From the NCBI GenBank assembly GCA_963712115.1, contig CAVQGX010000052.1, positions 1-43,572 on the forward strand: DNA of 43,572 bases, read 5' to 3'. The DNA is from an uncultured delta proteobacterium (GTDB lineage: Bacteria > Desulfobacterota > Syntrophobacteria > BM002). Below are positions 9,149 through 19,147 of the stretch, one piece after another (position 1 is the stretch's first letter; each line of letters starts with the position of its first letter). A program made the translations under genes and the position numbers. The notes under the pieces are model-generated. The model did not search any database, had not been told where the DNA came from, and saw only the letters and a list, made by a program, of their open reading frames with translations.

Positions 9149-9517
9149 TTAAGTTCCCATATTACTTTTTCTCCCGATGGAATTAATATAGTTATTAAGC
9201 TTGAAGGCAAACGTATCCATTTCCGTCAGTATGGAACGAAAATCCTTAGGGTCAATCAGTCCTCTTCGTTGCGCTTTTTTTAGCCAGGTCACGGCTTCAT
9301 GCTGTGACCCCCTACTGTAGTAACAAAACTGCTTATTTTCCTTGTAGTAAAACCTCCCGAATCCTTCACTCAAATTAGCGGCCATGGAGTCAGTCGCTTT
9401 AACCAACTGCTTTCCCACCGTGTCTTTCGCAAAAAAGTCCCAACGAACAACAATTTCCCAGACTCGCTCGCCGATGTCCATGGCAAGCTGATAAACTTGT
9501 AGATCCTCCAGTCTCAT
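9149..9517 (-). CDS. Four-helix-bundle protein (23S rRNA intervening-sequence protein / Avd-like family)
   Basis: 122 aa with LEDLQVYQLA, QLVKATDSMAANLSEGFGR and F.YYSRGS..E motifs. Confidence 0.9.
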   Translation of the reverse strand: MRLEDLQVYQLAMDIGERVWEIVVRWDFFAKDTVGKQLVKATDSMAANLSEGFGRFYYKENKQFCYYSRGSQHEAVTWLKKAQRRGLIDPKDFRSILTEMDTFAFKLNNYINSIGRKSNMGT

Positions 9518-9539
9518 AACGGCGCCCCTTTCATCTCAC

Positions 9540-9575
9540 GACCTAATGACCTAATGACTTAATGACTTAATGACA
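9540..9575. repeat. Octamer array (GACYTAAT)x4.5, upstream arm, reverse complement of the 9025-9060 motif
   Basis: GACCTAAT GACCTAAT GACTTAAT GACTTAAT GACA. Confidence 0.9.
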
Positions 9576-9643
9576 GACTGTGCTTTTCGTTTTAACAGAC
9601 CCCGCACCGTTTACATTCCTCCGGATCGCACGGTTCTGTAAAC

Positions 9644-11329
9644 TTACCGGTTAGAGCCGGCCTGATATTCGTGCCAGAGATAGTCCTTGCTCAAGCCGTG
9701 ATCAATGAAGTCCCAAGGCAATAGCTCATCTCGCTCCCGCTCTCGATACACGTAGAATTCGGGGTTGAGATTGATTTTTTTCGTGGCCTTGGACCAATTG
9801 GAGTTTTGTTGCCCTAGTATGGCGAGCAGAGGTGCCAACCGCCGGTCACCGCGGGACAACAGCGCTTGAATGTAAGCCCAGCGAGGCACATCAGCATGTA
9901 CCTTCACATTGGCCACTGCTCCCAGTCCACGTTTCAGCTTTTTAATCCGCTGCTTCAAAACCGAGAGATCACAGAATGGCACCCACTGAAAGGGTGTAAA
10001 AGGCTTGGGCACAAATGAACTGACACTCAAGGTAATGGTACCCAAGCGCTTCTGCCCACGGCCAATGACCAGTTGCTCGTGCTTGATTTTTTTGACCAAC
10101 TTAATGATTGCCGTCATATCCTCCTCTGTTTCGCTGGGCAGTCCAATCATAAAATAGAGACGCAGGTTTGGAATGCCTGCGCTGACCACTGCCATTACCG
10201 AGGCAAGGATCTGCTCTTCAGTCAGATTCTTGTTTATTACTTGCCGCAATCTCTCGCTTCCGGCCTCGGGTGCTAGGGTCACAGTCTGGAGACCGCTTTG
10301 GCGGAGTGCATCGAGCATTGTGGGTGTGACGGAATCGGCTCGCAGTGATGAGACCGACAAACGTGTTCCAGCCTTTCTTAGTTGCAAACAGATGGCGTCG
10401 ATATCAGGATGATCAGAGACTGCTGAGCTTAGTAGGCCAATTTTTCCTCCCTGGGGAGACCGATCCAAGGCTGCTTGCACCACTTTGTTACCTTGTCGAT
10501 GACGCACCGGTCGGTAGACAAATCCGGCGGCACAAAAGCGACAGCCCCGGCCACAGCCCCTGCCGATCTCTACCAGCACCGTGTCGGAAAATTCCGTGTG
10601 AGGTGTGGTTATTATGGAGGTAATGGGGTCTTCACTCTCAATAGGTGCTGGTCTGGCTGAGATTCTCTTTGGGATATCTATAAGGGGCTCGCAAGAGGTA
10701 AGTCGGCCATCTGTGTCGTGCTCAACTCGGAACAAGGAAGGCACATAGGCGGAGGATACCCGCTGTGCAAGGTGAGCTAGCAGCTCTTCTCTCGAAAGTC
10801 CATCATCTTGGCCTTCTTGCCAAGCGGCAATGAAATCCTCTAAAAAATTTTCCGCTTCGCCTAAAAGGAAGACATCTATAAAGGGTGCTATGGGTTCGGG
10901 ATTGAGGAAGGTGGCTACGCCGCCCGCCGCCACCAGGGGCTCGTGCTGGTGGCGGCGGGAGCTGTAGAGGCTCAATTTGCCGAGTTGCAGGAGGTGTACA
11001 AGGTTGGTGAAATCATTTTCAAAGGCCAGTGAAAAAGCGACAAGGTGGAAATCCGCCATGGGCCTCTGGCTTTCTACAGAGAGCGGTCCAGGACCCGAGC
11101 TTGCGGCGGCCATGTCCTCCGGTTCCGGTAAAAATAATCTCTCGCAAACTACATTGGGTAGCCGGTTGAGACGGTGGTAGACCGTCTGGAAACCCAAGTT
11201 GGACATACCCAGAAAGTAACGGTTCGGGTAAACCAGGGCGATTGGAATCTTGCCACCCCAGTCCTTGATGACCGTCCCGGTCTCGTCTGCCAGCCACTGC
11301 TTTAGTCTGCGTTGCAGTTGCCAAGACAT
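9644..11329 (-). CDS. B12-binding radical SAM protein
   Basis: RGCGRGCRFC (CxxxCxxC), YPNRY.LGMSNLG, APEAGSERLR and FVPKPFTPFQ motifs. Confidence 0.9.
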   Translation of the reverse strand: MSWQLQRRLKQWLADETGTVIKDWGGKIPIALVYPNRYFLGMSNLGFQTVYHRLNRLPNVVCERLFLPEPEDMAAASSGPGPLSVESQRPMADFHLVAFSLAFENDFTNLVHLLQLGKLSLYSSRRHQHEPLVAAGGVATFLNPEPIAPFIDVFLLGEAENFLEDFIAAWQEGQDDGLSREELLAHLAQRVSSAYVPSLFRVEHDTDGRLTSCEPLIDIPKRISARPAPIESEDPITSIITTPHTEFSDTVLVEIGRGCGRGCRFCAAGFVYRPVRHRQGNKVVQAALDRSPQGGKIGLLSSAVSDHPDIDAICLQLRKAGTRLSVSSLRADSVTPTMLDALRQSGLQTVTLAPEAGSERLRQVINKNLTEEQILASVMAVVSAGIPNLRLYFMIGLPSETEEDMTAIIKLVKKIKHEQLVIGRGQKRLGTITLSVSSFVPKPFTPFQWVPFCDLSVLKQRIKKLKRGLGAVANVKVHADVPRWAYIQALLSRGDRRLAPLLAILGQQNSNWSKATKKINLNPEFYVYRERERDELLPWDFIDHGLSKDYLWHEYQAGSNR

Positions 11330-11553
11330 TGGTATCCTGTAGAAGCTCTCGCCGGAAGTAGGTCTTCGAGTTTCCGCTGCCCTGAAGGAGTCTGGCGAGG
11401 AAATTACTCCTTAGTGATTTCAGCACTCTCAGCTCACATCGCTCAATTATGCCACAGAGAGCAAGCTGCGTCCTCACTTTTTCACCACCTATAGACATCT
11501 ACTAAAATATTCTCCTTCAGAGCCCCGCAGGGCAACAACCATTGGCCCTGGTC

Positions 11554-12711
11554 TCAATCTGCCTGCCGCCTGAGGAAGGTGGGTATTTCCAGTTCGTCTT
11601 CATCTATGGGCAGGTCTTTGTAACTCATGGGGCGGCTCAACTCCCTCCTGCCATCTTCACTCTTTCGATTCCGCCGTAAAAATGTAGGGATTTCCAAGTC
11701 ATCCTCGCGGCGGGAGCCATGGATGACTCCCAAGTCGGGTTTGGGTCTCGCATCGATCTCGCCGATTCCAGTTGCAATGACAGTAACTCGCAATTCGTCT
11801 CCGGCGCTCTGGTCCAGTACCGTACCCCAAATGATGTTGGCATCCTCATGGGCTTCTTTCTGGATGAGCGAAGACGCCTCCTGGACCTCGTCAATAGTTA
11901 GGTCCAGGCCGCTACTGATGTTCATGAGCACGCCCTTGGCCCCACTTATAGAAACGTCTTCCAACAGAGGGCTTGATATGGCCTTCTGAGCTGCTTCAGT
12001 AGCCCGATCTTCTCCACTGGCCATACCAGTGCCCATGAGAGCCATGCCCATCTCACTCATAATTGTTTTGACGTCGGCAAAATCGAGATTGATCAAACCA
12101 GGAATTGTGATTAGATCAGAAATCCCTTTCACCGCATAAAGGAGAATATCGTCAGCCTTCTTAAGCATTTCGAGAAAAGTCGCTTTCTTGGCCGCTAGGC
12201 TCAGTAAGCGATTGTTGGGAATGGTAATGATAGTATCCACCACTTCCCTGAGCTCCTTGATTCCTCTGTCGGCCGCCCTCATGCGCTGACGCCCTTCAAA
12301 ATTAAATGGTTTGGTCACGACCGCTACGGTTAGAGCTCCCATTTCTTTGGCTATCTGAGCTACTATGGGTGCACCACCAGTTCCGGTGCCGCCGCCCAGT
12401 CCAGCGGTGACGAAGATCATGTCACAGCCTTCTAGGGCCTGGCGAATCTTGTCCGCGTCTTCCAGGGCGGCACTCCGACCAACCTCAGGATTAGCCCCAG
12501 CCCCAAGTCCTTTAGTAATGTTGACGCCCAGTTGGAGCTTGGTAGTGGCCTTGGAGATTTCTAAGGCCTGGGCGTCGGTGTTGGCGGCGATAAAATCGAC
12601 TCCTCTCAGATTGGCGTTGATCATGTTGTTTATAGCGTTACCGCCTCCACCTCCTATGCCAATGACCTTGATCTTGGCTCCGTTATTACTTTCGACGAAC
12701 TCAAACATCAT
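11554..12711 (-). CDS. ftsZ: Cell division protein FtsZ
   Basis: GGGGGNA, tubulin signature GGGTGTG, NLDFAD and C-terminal IPTFLR (present twice). Confidence 0.98.
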   Translation of the reverse strand: MMFEFVESNNGAKIKVIGIGGGGGNAINNMINANLRGVDFIAANTDAQALEISKATTKLQLGVNITKGLGAGANPEVGRSAALEDADKIRQALEGCDMIFVTAGLGGGTGTGGAPIVAQIAKEMGALTVAVVTKPFNFEGRQRMRAADRGIKELREVVDTIITIPNNRLLSLAAKKATFLEMLKKADDILLYAVKGISDLITIPGLINLDFADVKTIMSEMGMALMGTGMASGEDRATEAAQKAISSPLLEDVSISGAKGVLMNISSGLDLTIDEVQEASSLIQKEAHEDANIIWGTVLDQSAGDELRVTVIATGIGEIDARPKPDLGVIHGSRREDDLEIPTFLRRNRKSEDGRRELSRPMSYKDLPIDEDELEIPTFLRRQAD

Positions 12712-12735
12712 AATCCACCTCCTGCACTAGAGCGT

Positions 12736-12882
12736 TTAAAACATCTTCCCCAGCGGCACTTCACGAGCCCTTGCGTTGTAGCCGACGGGCGAAGAAGACA
12801 AACCCCGTATAGTCAGAACTGCATAACAGCCCATGCACGTGAAGAACATGGTAAGCACGAAGTAAAGGTCTGATTTGCTCAT
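12736..12882 (-). CDS. Putative 48-aa small single-TM protein between ftsA and ftsZ
   Basis: Strong SD GGGGAGGA before ATG. MSKSDLYFVLTMFFTCMGCYAVLTIRG... has one hydrophobic segment. Confidence 0.4.
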   Translation of the reverse strand: MSKSDLYFVLTMFFTCMGCYAVLTIRGLSSSPVGYNARAREVPLGKMF

Positions 12883-12946
12883 CAGATCCTCCCCCTGAGT
12901 TTGCAAGTGCTGTTTTAGTTGGTCACAAGACTTTCGCACTCTCAGG

Positions 12947-13110
12947 AAATTCGAAATCCAAAGCACGAAGCACGAAACAAATCCGAATGCTCGAAATTCC
13001 AATGACCAAAATAGTAGGAACTCGTTAATTGAACAACGGCAATTGTTTTGAACATTGGAGAATTCGAATTTGGAATTTGTTTAGTATTTCGATATTCGAA
13101 TTTCGAATTT
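12947..13110. repeat. Inverted TTCGAAA/AAATCC-type repeat element
   Basis: AAATTCGAAATCCAAAGCACGAA..ACAAATCCGAAT..CCAATGACCAAAA pairs with TTTTGAACATTGG..ATTTGGAATTTGTTT..TTCGATATTCGAATTTCGAATTT. Confidence 0.85.
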
Positions 13111-13177
13111 GACAACATTAGCTCTCCCCATAAGGTTGAATCCCAATTAGCTAGATTGAAGTGGCACTCCCGCACAC

Positions 13178-14404
13178 CTAGACCACATCCTTGAACCATT
13201 TCCGCATTCGATCGAGCAGCCGATTGAAGATATTATTCTGACGTATGCGGAAAAGTTTCTTTGGCTTGGATCTTCCCCCGTAGAGGACCAACCCCACCCC
13301 AGTGGCGTACATGGGATTCTTGACCACGTCCACCAAACCGCCGATGGAGATGGGTAAACCAGTGCGCACCGGCAGATTGAAAACCTGCTCGGCCAAATCG
13401 GCGAGACCTGGCAGCAAAGCTGAGCCGCCGGTTATCACCAAACCGGAGGCAACAAGGTCCGAATAACCAGAACGAAGAAGTTCCCGTTGAAGCAAGGAGC
13501 AAACTTCCTCAACTCGAGGCTCCAAAATCTCGCCTAGGATGTGCCGGCTAAGCACTTTTGGCTTGCCCCCTCCAACACTGGGAACCTGAATGGTCTCATC
13601 CTTCTGAATCATGGCGGTGAGAGCACAACCATATCGTTGCTTGATCTTTTCGGCCTCCTCCACCGGGGTTCTCAACCCCACAGCAATGTCGTTGGTGAGG
13701 TTGTTACCGCCCAGGGAGAGAACTGAGCTGTGGCGGATACTGTTTCCCGAGAAGATGGCCAAATCCGAAGTGCCACCACCAAAATCCACCAGTGCCACGC
13801 CTAATTTGCGCTCTTGTGGGTTCAGCACTGCTTCGGCAGAGGCGAGGGACTCCAGGACTATGTCGCAGACGTCAAGGCCGGCACGCTGGCAACATTTGAC
13901 GATATTCTGGGCGGAGGTAACCGCACCGGTGACAATATGAACCTTTGCCTCCAAACGCACACCGGACATGCCCAGTGGATTCTGAATGCCCCTTTGGTCA
14001 TCGATGATGTATTCCTGGGGGAGAATGTGAATTACCTCCCTGTCAAAGGGTATTGCCACAGCCTTAGCCGCATCGATCACCCGGTCGATGTCTTGCTGGC
14101 TTACCTCGCGATTCTTTACGGCGATGACACCATGGCTGTTGTGGCCTTGGATGTGACCACCGGCAATACCGGCGTATACCGCATTGATTTCGCAGCCAGC
14201 CATTAACTCTGCCTCTTCCACTGCCCGTTTGATCGAGTCCACTGTGCTTTCAATGTTGACTACTACACCTTTGCGCAATCCCTCAGAGGGGTGGGTACCA
14301 ATGCCCACTATGTCGATTCCCTCTGGGGTCAGCTCGCCGACTACGGCGCAAATCTTTGTGGTGCCGATGTCGAGCCCCACGATCAACGAATTATCCTTGG
14401 CCAT
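13178..14404 (-). CDS. ftsA: Cell division protein FtsA
   Basis: GLDIGTTKI, DFGGGTSD, AEKIK and ITGG actin-fold motifs. Confidence 0.98.
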   Translation of the reverse strand: MAKDNSLIVGLDIGTTKICAVVGELTPEGIDIVGIGTHPSEGLRKGVVVNIESTVDSIKRAVEEAELMAGCEINAVYAGIAGGHIQGHNSHGVIAVKNREVSQQDIDRVIDAAKAVAIPFDREVIHILPQEYIIDDQRGIQNPLGMSGVRLEAKVHIVTGAVTSAQNIVKCCQRAGLDVCDIVLESLASAEAVLNPQERKLGVALVDFGGGTSDLAIFSGNSIRHSSVLSLGGNNLTNDIAVGLRTPVEEAEKIKQRYGCALTAMIQKDETIQVPSVGGGKPKVLSRHILGEILEPRVEEVCSLLQRELLRSGYSDLVASGLVITGGSALLPGLADLAEQVFNLPVRTGLPISIGGLVDVVKNPMYATGVGLVLYGGRSKPKKLFRIRQNNIFNRLLDRMRKWFKDVV

Positions 14405-14406
14405 GT

Positions 14407-15267
14407 TTAAACTCCCTTTTTCTGAGGTCGGTCCTGCTTGTGAACCTTAAAATTGCCTCTGACAAAAACTCGGTTTCCGTGGCTCAGATCAATCCCCCGC
14501 AGCTGAGGATGAAGCCCTTTTTCCTCCAGATAGCGCAAAACCTTCTCCAGTCTGGCTATCTTGGGGCCATAATTGTCGCGGCCGAGATCGATCTGAATAC
14601 CGCCTCGGACTGTAAAAATGCTGAGCCCTTTATTCCTGCCCCAACGGATCTCCGAGATCAGCCTCCAGGGGAGTCTCAGCTGGCTCTCTTGGTAGAGATC
14701 TTCAATGAGAACAGTGAACTCCCGGGGAAGCTTGCACCCTGGAGCGAGAATTTCGGGGTCAAATCCGGTTATTATCGGCAAACCTGTATGTTCGCCCGGC
14801 GCAGCGCTGATGAAACATACGCCTCGATAGTCCATCAGGTAAAATTGGCGGCCTTTTACCAGGGCAACCGGCTTGCTTTCAACTATCTCTATACGAATCC
14901 GATCTGGAATCTCCCTGCTGATCACAGCAGAAGCTATCCAAGGATGGTTTGTGACCCTTTGTCTTACCCCGTCGAGATCGAGGGAGAGAATGTTCACCCC
15001 GGAAGGGATCTGCGCTTGTTGAATGACGGTCTGCGGGTCCAGCACCTCACAGCCGCTCACCTGGACACTAGTGACATTGAGGAGGGTTGAGGTGAGCAAA
15101 GTGCGGTAGCAGGCTACACACAGAGCACTCAATCCCGTAAATGCCAGGCAAATCAGAAAGAACTGCAAGATGGAGCGAAGTCGCCGTTGCAGTTCTCGAG
15201 GGTCGCCCCGGTAACTATTCTTTTTGTTTGAACCCTTGACGGTTTCGAATGGTAGCGAAATTTGCAT
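14407..15267 (-). CDS. ftsQ: Cell division protein FtsQ/DivIB
   Basis: Single TM, POTRA-like HPWIASAVISREIPDRIRIEI.E..P, C-terminal IDL, and position just before ftsA. Confidence 0.9.
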   Translation of the reverse strand: MQISLPFETVKGSNKKNSYRGDPRELQRRLRSILQFFLICLAFTGLSALCVACYRTLLTSTLLNVTSVQVSGCEVLDPQTVIQQAQIPSGVNILSLDLDGVRQRVTNHPWIASAVISREIPDRIRIEIVESKPVALVKGRQFYLMDYRGVCFISAAPGEHTGLPIITGFDPEILAPGCKLPREFTVLIEDLYQESQLRLPWRLISEIRWGRNKGLSIFTVRGGIQIDLGRDNYGPKIARLEKVLRYLEEKGLHPQLRGIDLSHGNRVFVRGNFKVHKQDRPQKKGV

Positions 15268-15314
15268 TAGTTTCTTACCCGTCTTGATTACCCGAAACCA
15301 TTTTGTTGCAAGTA

Positions 15315-16235
15315 CTAAGAGTTATGATGATTTCCCACGACTTCAATTTCCAGTTCGAGCTGCACGCCAAATTCCTGAGAAACCTTCTCCTGTGCGAGCT
15401 GAATCAAAGCAAGGATATCTCTGGACCGTGCCTGGCCTCGGTTGACAATGAAGTTGGCGTGCTCTGGGGAAATCTGAGCATCTCCAATGCGGACACCCTT
15501 CAGCCCAACTGCCTCGATGAGCCTGCCGGCAAAATCCCCTGGAGGATTCTTAAACACTGAGCCAGCAGAGGGAAGCCGCCATGGTTGTTTTTCTTTCCTG
15601 ACTACGAGCAAAGAACGAATCCTCTGGCGAATTTGCTCTCGAGAGCTTAGATTTAGTAGGAACTCCGCCTCTACCACCACGGACGCTGGTGGCAGTTCGA
15701 GCCTACGGTATGAGAAGGGGAGTTGGGCGCGCCCAAGCCTGACTAGAGCGCCGTCAGAGAGAAGCAGGTGCACAGCTTCACAGACATCAGCCATTTCCCC
15801 GGCATGGGTGCCGGCGTTCATTCGCAAAGCACCCCCCACCGACCCGGGTATGCCGGCAATAAACTCAAGACCACTGAGACTTTGCTGCAGGCAGAAGCGC
15901 AGTAGTCGGCTGAGACGCAACCCTGCACCCGCTTTGACTCTCCCCGAGGGGTCAATACATTCCACCTGCGAGAAACCTTCTTCCAGGCTGATGGCAACAG
16001 CCCTAATACCTGCATCCTGCACCAGAAGATTTGTTCCCCGGCCAAGGATGAAATAGGGATAATGGTTTTGATTCAGCACCTGGACGGCGGTTTGCAGCCC
16101 TGCCAGATCTAGAGGACGGAGGAGGCAGGACACTGGCCCCCCTACCCGCAATGATGTATGTCCTGCCATGATGATATCCCAGTCGGCTTCTACTCCGTCC
16201 AGGTGCTGAAGTTGTCTTTTCAGTTTATCTTCCAT
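15315..16235 (-). CDS. murB: UDP-N-acetylmuramate dehydrogenase
   Basis: LGRGTNLL, GIPGSVGGALRMNAG, SAGSVFKNP and HANFIVN motifs. Confidence 0.97.
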   Translation of the reverse strand: MEDKLKRQLQHLDGVEADWDIIMAGHTSLRVGGPVSCLLRPLDLAGLQTAVQVLNQNHYPYFILGRGTNLLVQDAGIRAVAISLEEGFSQVECIDPSGRVKAGAGLRLSRLLRFCLQQSLSGLEFIAGIPGSVGGALRMNAGTHAGEMADVCEAVHLLLSDGALVRLGRAQLPFSYRRLELPPASVVVEAEFLLNLSSREQIRQRIRSLLVVRKEKQPWRLPSAGSVFKNPPGDFAGRLIEAVGLKGVRIGDAQISPEHANFIVNRGQARSRDILALIQLAQEKVSQEFGVQLELEIEVVGNHHNS

Positions 16236-16311
16236 CAGACCATTTCAAATCGCTCATTTCTCATCGAGCGTCAGTCATGAGATTGATCTACGTGTACCAG
16301 TAACCGCCTCG

Positions 16312-16394
16312 ACTAGGCACTAAGCAGTAGGCACTAAGCACTACTTTCGCGTTTTCAACTGGTAGTGCCTAGTGCATAGTCCCTAGTGCCTAGT
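16312..16394. repeat. Inverted heptamer arrays (ACTARGC)n / (TAGTGCC)n overlapping the murC stop
   Basis: ACTAGGC ACTAAGC AGTAGGC ACTAAGC ACTA ... TAGTGCC TAGTGCA TAGTCCC TAGTGCC TAGT. Confidence 0.88.
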
Positions 16395-17795
16395 AATTTT
16401 TGGCAATGTGCTTCCTCCCCTTTCATGCAATCGTTTCAAAAACTCCTCCCCTGTTTGCCAGATGTTTCCTGCGCCGAGAGTTAAAACCACATCTTTCTCC
16501 CGTACTTCTTCCATTAGAACCGGAATAATATCCATGGCATTGGGGATGTACCTGATGTTGCCGTGGCCGTGTTCTTGTATGGCAGTTGCCAGCTTTTCAG
16601 CATGCACCCCGGGAATCGGGGGTTCACTGGCCGCGTAGATGTCAGTGACGAAGAGAACATCAGACTGATAAAAGGCAGTGGTAAAGTCCTCGAACAGCGC
16701 TTGGGTGCGGGTGAAACGGTGGGGCTGAAAGAGCACGTAGCGGCGATGGTCTGGAAAAGACTCAGCTATAGTTTTCAGCACTGCCTTTATCTCGTTTGGA
16801 TGGTGGCCATAGTCATCGATTACCGTGATTCCACTCACTTCGCCCTTAATTTGAAAGCGGCGCTGCACCCCAGTCATTCCTTTTAGTCCACGGCAAATAG
16901 CAGGGAAGGGGATTTCTAGTTCATGCCCTACGGCAACGGCCGCCAAGGAATTAAGCACATTGTGCCAACCGGGTATGGAAAGGTCGACTTTGCCTAACTC
17001 CTGACCCCGGTGGCAGGCGAGGTAAGAGGCATTGAGTCCATCGAAGGAGATCTCGCGGGCTTGGAAATCAGCCTGAGCTGAAAAACCGTAGGTAACCAGC
17101 CGTTTTTTGATCCTCGGCAGAAGGCTCTGAATGTTCTCATCCTCAAGACAAAGGATATTGAGACCATAAAAGGGAACCTGATTCATGAATTCAAGAAAAG
17201 TCTCTTTGATTTCATCCAGATCCTTGTAAAAATCAAGATGCTCGGTGTCGATGTTCGTAACCAGAGAGATGGTAGGTGAATAGAGGAGAAAGGTTCCATC
17301 ACTCTCGTCCGCCTCCGCCACCACGAAGTCACCCTTGCCAAGCTTGGCATTGGTTCCCCAGGCATTCAGACGGCCGCCAATCACCACAGTGGGGTCCAGG
17401 CCACCCTCGGCCAGTACCGTTCCCACCATGGAGGTGGTGGTGGTTTTTCCATGAGCTCCTGCCACCAGAACGGCATACTTCAGCCTCATAAGCTCAGCCA
17501 GCATCTCGGCGCGACGAATAACCGGTAGATGATAGTCTTTATTAGCAGCCAGAACTTCAGGGTTGTTAGAATCAATGGCCGATGAAACCACGACCACGTC
17601 AGCCCCGGCCACTTGGTGGGGTTGATGGCTGTAGTAGACAGTTGCCCCAAGATCTGCGAGTCTACGGGTGATTTCCGTCTCTTGCAGGTCGGAGCCGCTG
17701 ACCTGATGATCGAGGTTCAGGAGCAATTCAGCAATGCCGCTCATACCGATGCCACCGATTCCAACGAAGTGAATATGGTAAGAACGTTTGTACAT
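16383..17795 (-). CDS. murC: UDP-N-acetylmuramate--L-alanine ligase
   Basis: HFVGIGGIGMSG, GAHGKTTTT, EADESD, DDYGHHP and FQPHR motifs. Confidence 0.98.
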   Translation of the reverse strand: MYKRSYHIHFVGIGGIGMSGIAELLLNLDHQVSGSDLQETEITRRLADLGATVYYSHQPHQVAGADVVVVSSAIDSNNPEVLAANKDYHLPVIRRAEMLAELMRLKYAVLVAGAHGKTTTTSMVGTVLAEGGLDPTVVIGGRLNAWGTNAKLGKGDFVVAEADESDGTFLLYSPTISLVTNIDTEHLDFYKDLDEIKETFLEFMNQVPFYGLNILCLEDENIQSLLPRIKKRLVTYGFSAQADFQAREISFDGLNASYLACHRGQELGKVDLSIPGWHNVLNSLAAVAVGHELEIPFPAICRGLKGMTGVQRRFQIKGEVSGITVIDDYGHHPNEIKAVLKTIAESFPDHRRYVLFQPHRFTRTQALFEDFTTAFYQSDVLFVTDIYAASEPPIPGVHAEKLATAIQEHGHGNIRYIPNAMDIIPVLMEEVREKDVVLTLGAGNIWQTGEEFLKRLHERGGSTLPKITRH

Positions 17796-17857
17796 TTTTC
17801 AGTTTAGCCGGTTAAGAAAGTCGTCATAAAATCTAATAGTTAACAGTGTTTTTCAAA

Positions 17858-17897
17858 ATTTTAGACAATTTAGGCACTTTAGACATTTTAGACATTT
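17858..17897. repeat. Nonamer array (AHTTTAGRC)x4 overlapping the ftsW stop
   Basis: ATTTTAGAC AATTTAGGC ACTTTAGAC ATTTTAGAC; same family as 3031-3070. Confidence 0.85.
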
Positions 17898-19090
17898 GTC
17901 TTGCTCCGCCTCCCTCTGGTCTGCGGATTCAGCCAGTTCTCCCCGTGCCAGCCCTGGGAATGCTCCCTGGCGTAACTGTTTATATTCATCAGAATGCCCA
18001 TAGCTAATAAATTGGTTATCAAGGAACTGCCGCCGTAGCTTATGAATGGTAGAGGTAGCCCCTTGGTGGGCAACAGCCCCATGACCACAGCACTATTTAT
18101 AAAGGCCTGGAGCCCCACTGCCAGGGTCAACCCAAAAGCCAGGTAAGTTCCGAAGCGCTCAGGGGCCCTCAAGGCTATTTTGACGCCCTTGTAAATGAGC
18201 AAAGCATAAAGGAGGAGTACAACAGAGATCCCAAAGATACCGGTCTCTTCGCCAATGACGGCTAAAATAAAATCTGTATGTGGTTCAGGCAGATAAAAAA
18301 GCTTCTGTTGGCCGGAGCCCAGACCAACTCCAAGAGGACCACCGGAGCCGAGGGCCAATAGGGAGTGGAGGAGCTGAAAGCTAGTGTCACTCGGGTCCCG
18401 CCAGGGATTTAGAAAAGCGAGAAACCTCTCCAAACGGTAGCCCTTTTGGGCTATGGCAAGAGCCAGGAGGGGCACCACCGCAAACCCGGTGGCCAAAAGA
18501 TAGCGCAAACGGACACCGGCCACAAAAAGTAACAGAAAAGTCAGGACTGCAAAGGTTATGGCGGTTCCCAGGTCAGGTTGCATTACAACCAGACCAATAA
18601 AGACCGCAGAGACCAGGAGGTGCGGCGCGTAGCCAACCGAAAGTTCACGCAGCCGCTCTTTCTTTTTGGCCACAGAGTAAGATATGTAGATTATGAGTGC
18701 CAGCTTGGCGAACTCAGCTGGTTGGATGGAAATGGGCCCGAAACGCAGCCAGCGCCTAGCTCCCCCCACCCGGTGGCCCACTTGAGGCAAGAGCACAATT
18801 ATAAGGCTCAGCAGGGTGACACCGAGAATGACATATACGAGACGACGGTAGAGAACATATGGTAAATTCTTGCTAACGATGAGAACCCCAAGACCGAGCA
18901 GGGCAAATACAATTTGCCTTTTGACGAAATACATGCTGTCGCCAAAGCGCTCTTGGGCCATGATTGAACTGGAACTGTACAGCATCACCAGTCCGATACC
19001 TATGAGGGCGAGGGTTAGGAACAGAAGGACCAGGTCGTAACTGTTCTTATTCTTATGTTCGTTTCCTCCAGCCATTAAGTCATTTCTCAT
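17888..19090 (-). CDS. ftsW: SEDS peptidoglycan polymerase FtsW (start may be 19075)
   Basis: GARRW, QPAEFAK, QPDLGT, LPEPHTDFI and PFISYGGSS motifs. Confidence 0.96.
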   Translation of the reverse strand: MRNDLMAGGNEHKNKNSYDLVLLFLTLALIGIGLVMLYSSSSIMAQERFGDSMYFVKRQIVFALLGLGVLIVSKNLPYVLYRRLVYVILGVTLLSLIIVLLPQVGHRVGGARRWLRFGPISIQPAEFAKLALIIYISYSVAKKKERLRELSVGYAPHLLVSAVFIGLVVMQPDLGTAITFAVLTFLLLFVAGVRLRYLLATGFAVVPLLALAIAQKGYRLERFLAFLNPWRDPSDTSFQLLHSLLALGSGGPLGVGLGSGQQKLFYLPEPHTDFILAVIGEETGIFGISVVLLLYALLIYKGVKIALRAPERFGTYLAFGLTLAVGLQAFINSAVVMGLLPTKGLPLPFISYGGSSLITNLLAMGILMNINSYAREHSQGWHGENWLNPQTRGRRSKTNV

Positions 19091-19147
19091 TTAGCATTTC
19101 TCATTTCGCATCTAGCATCCAGCATCCAGCAACTAGCATCCAACATT
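19081..19147. repeat. In-phase heptamer array filling the murD-ftsW gap
   Basis: CATTTCT CATTTAG CATTTCT CATTTCG CATCTAG CATCCAG CATCCAG CAACTAG CATCCAA. Confidence 0.85.

Noticed and set aside
9149-9517. Diversity-generating retroelement (because of the Avd-like gene)
   Set aside because: No reverse transcriptase and no template/variable repeat pair seen in the window.
12942-13199. 85-aa ORF, and the N-terminal half of the 12736-13002 ORF
   Set aside because: Both read through the TTCGAAA repeat element and have no protein-like features.
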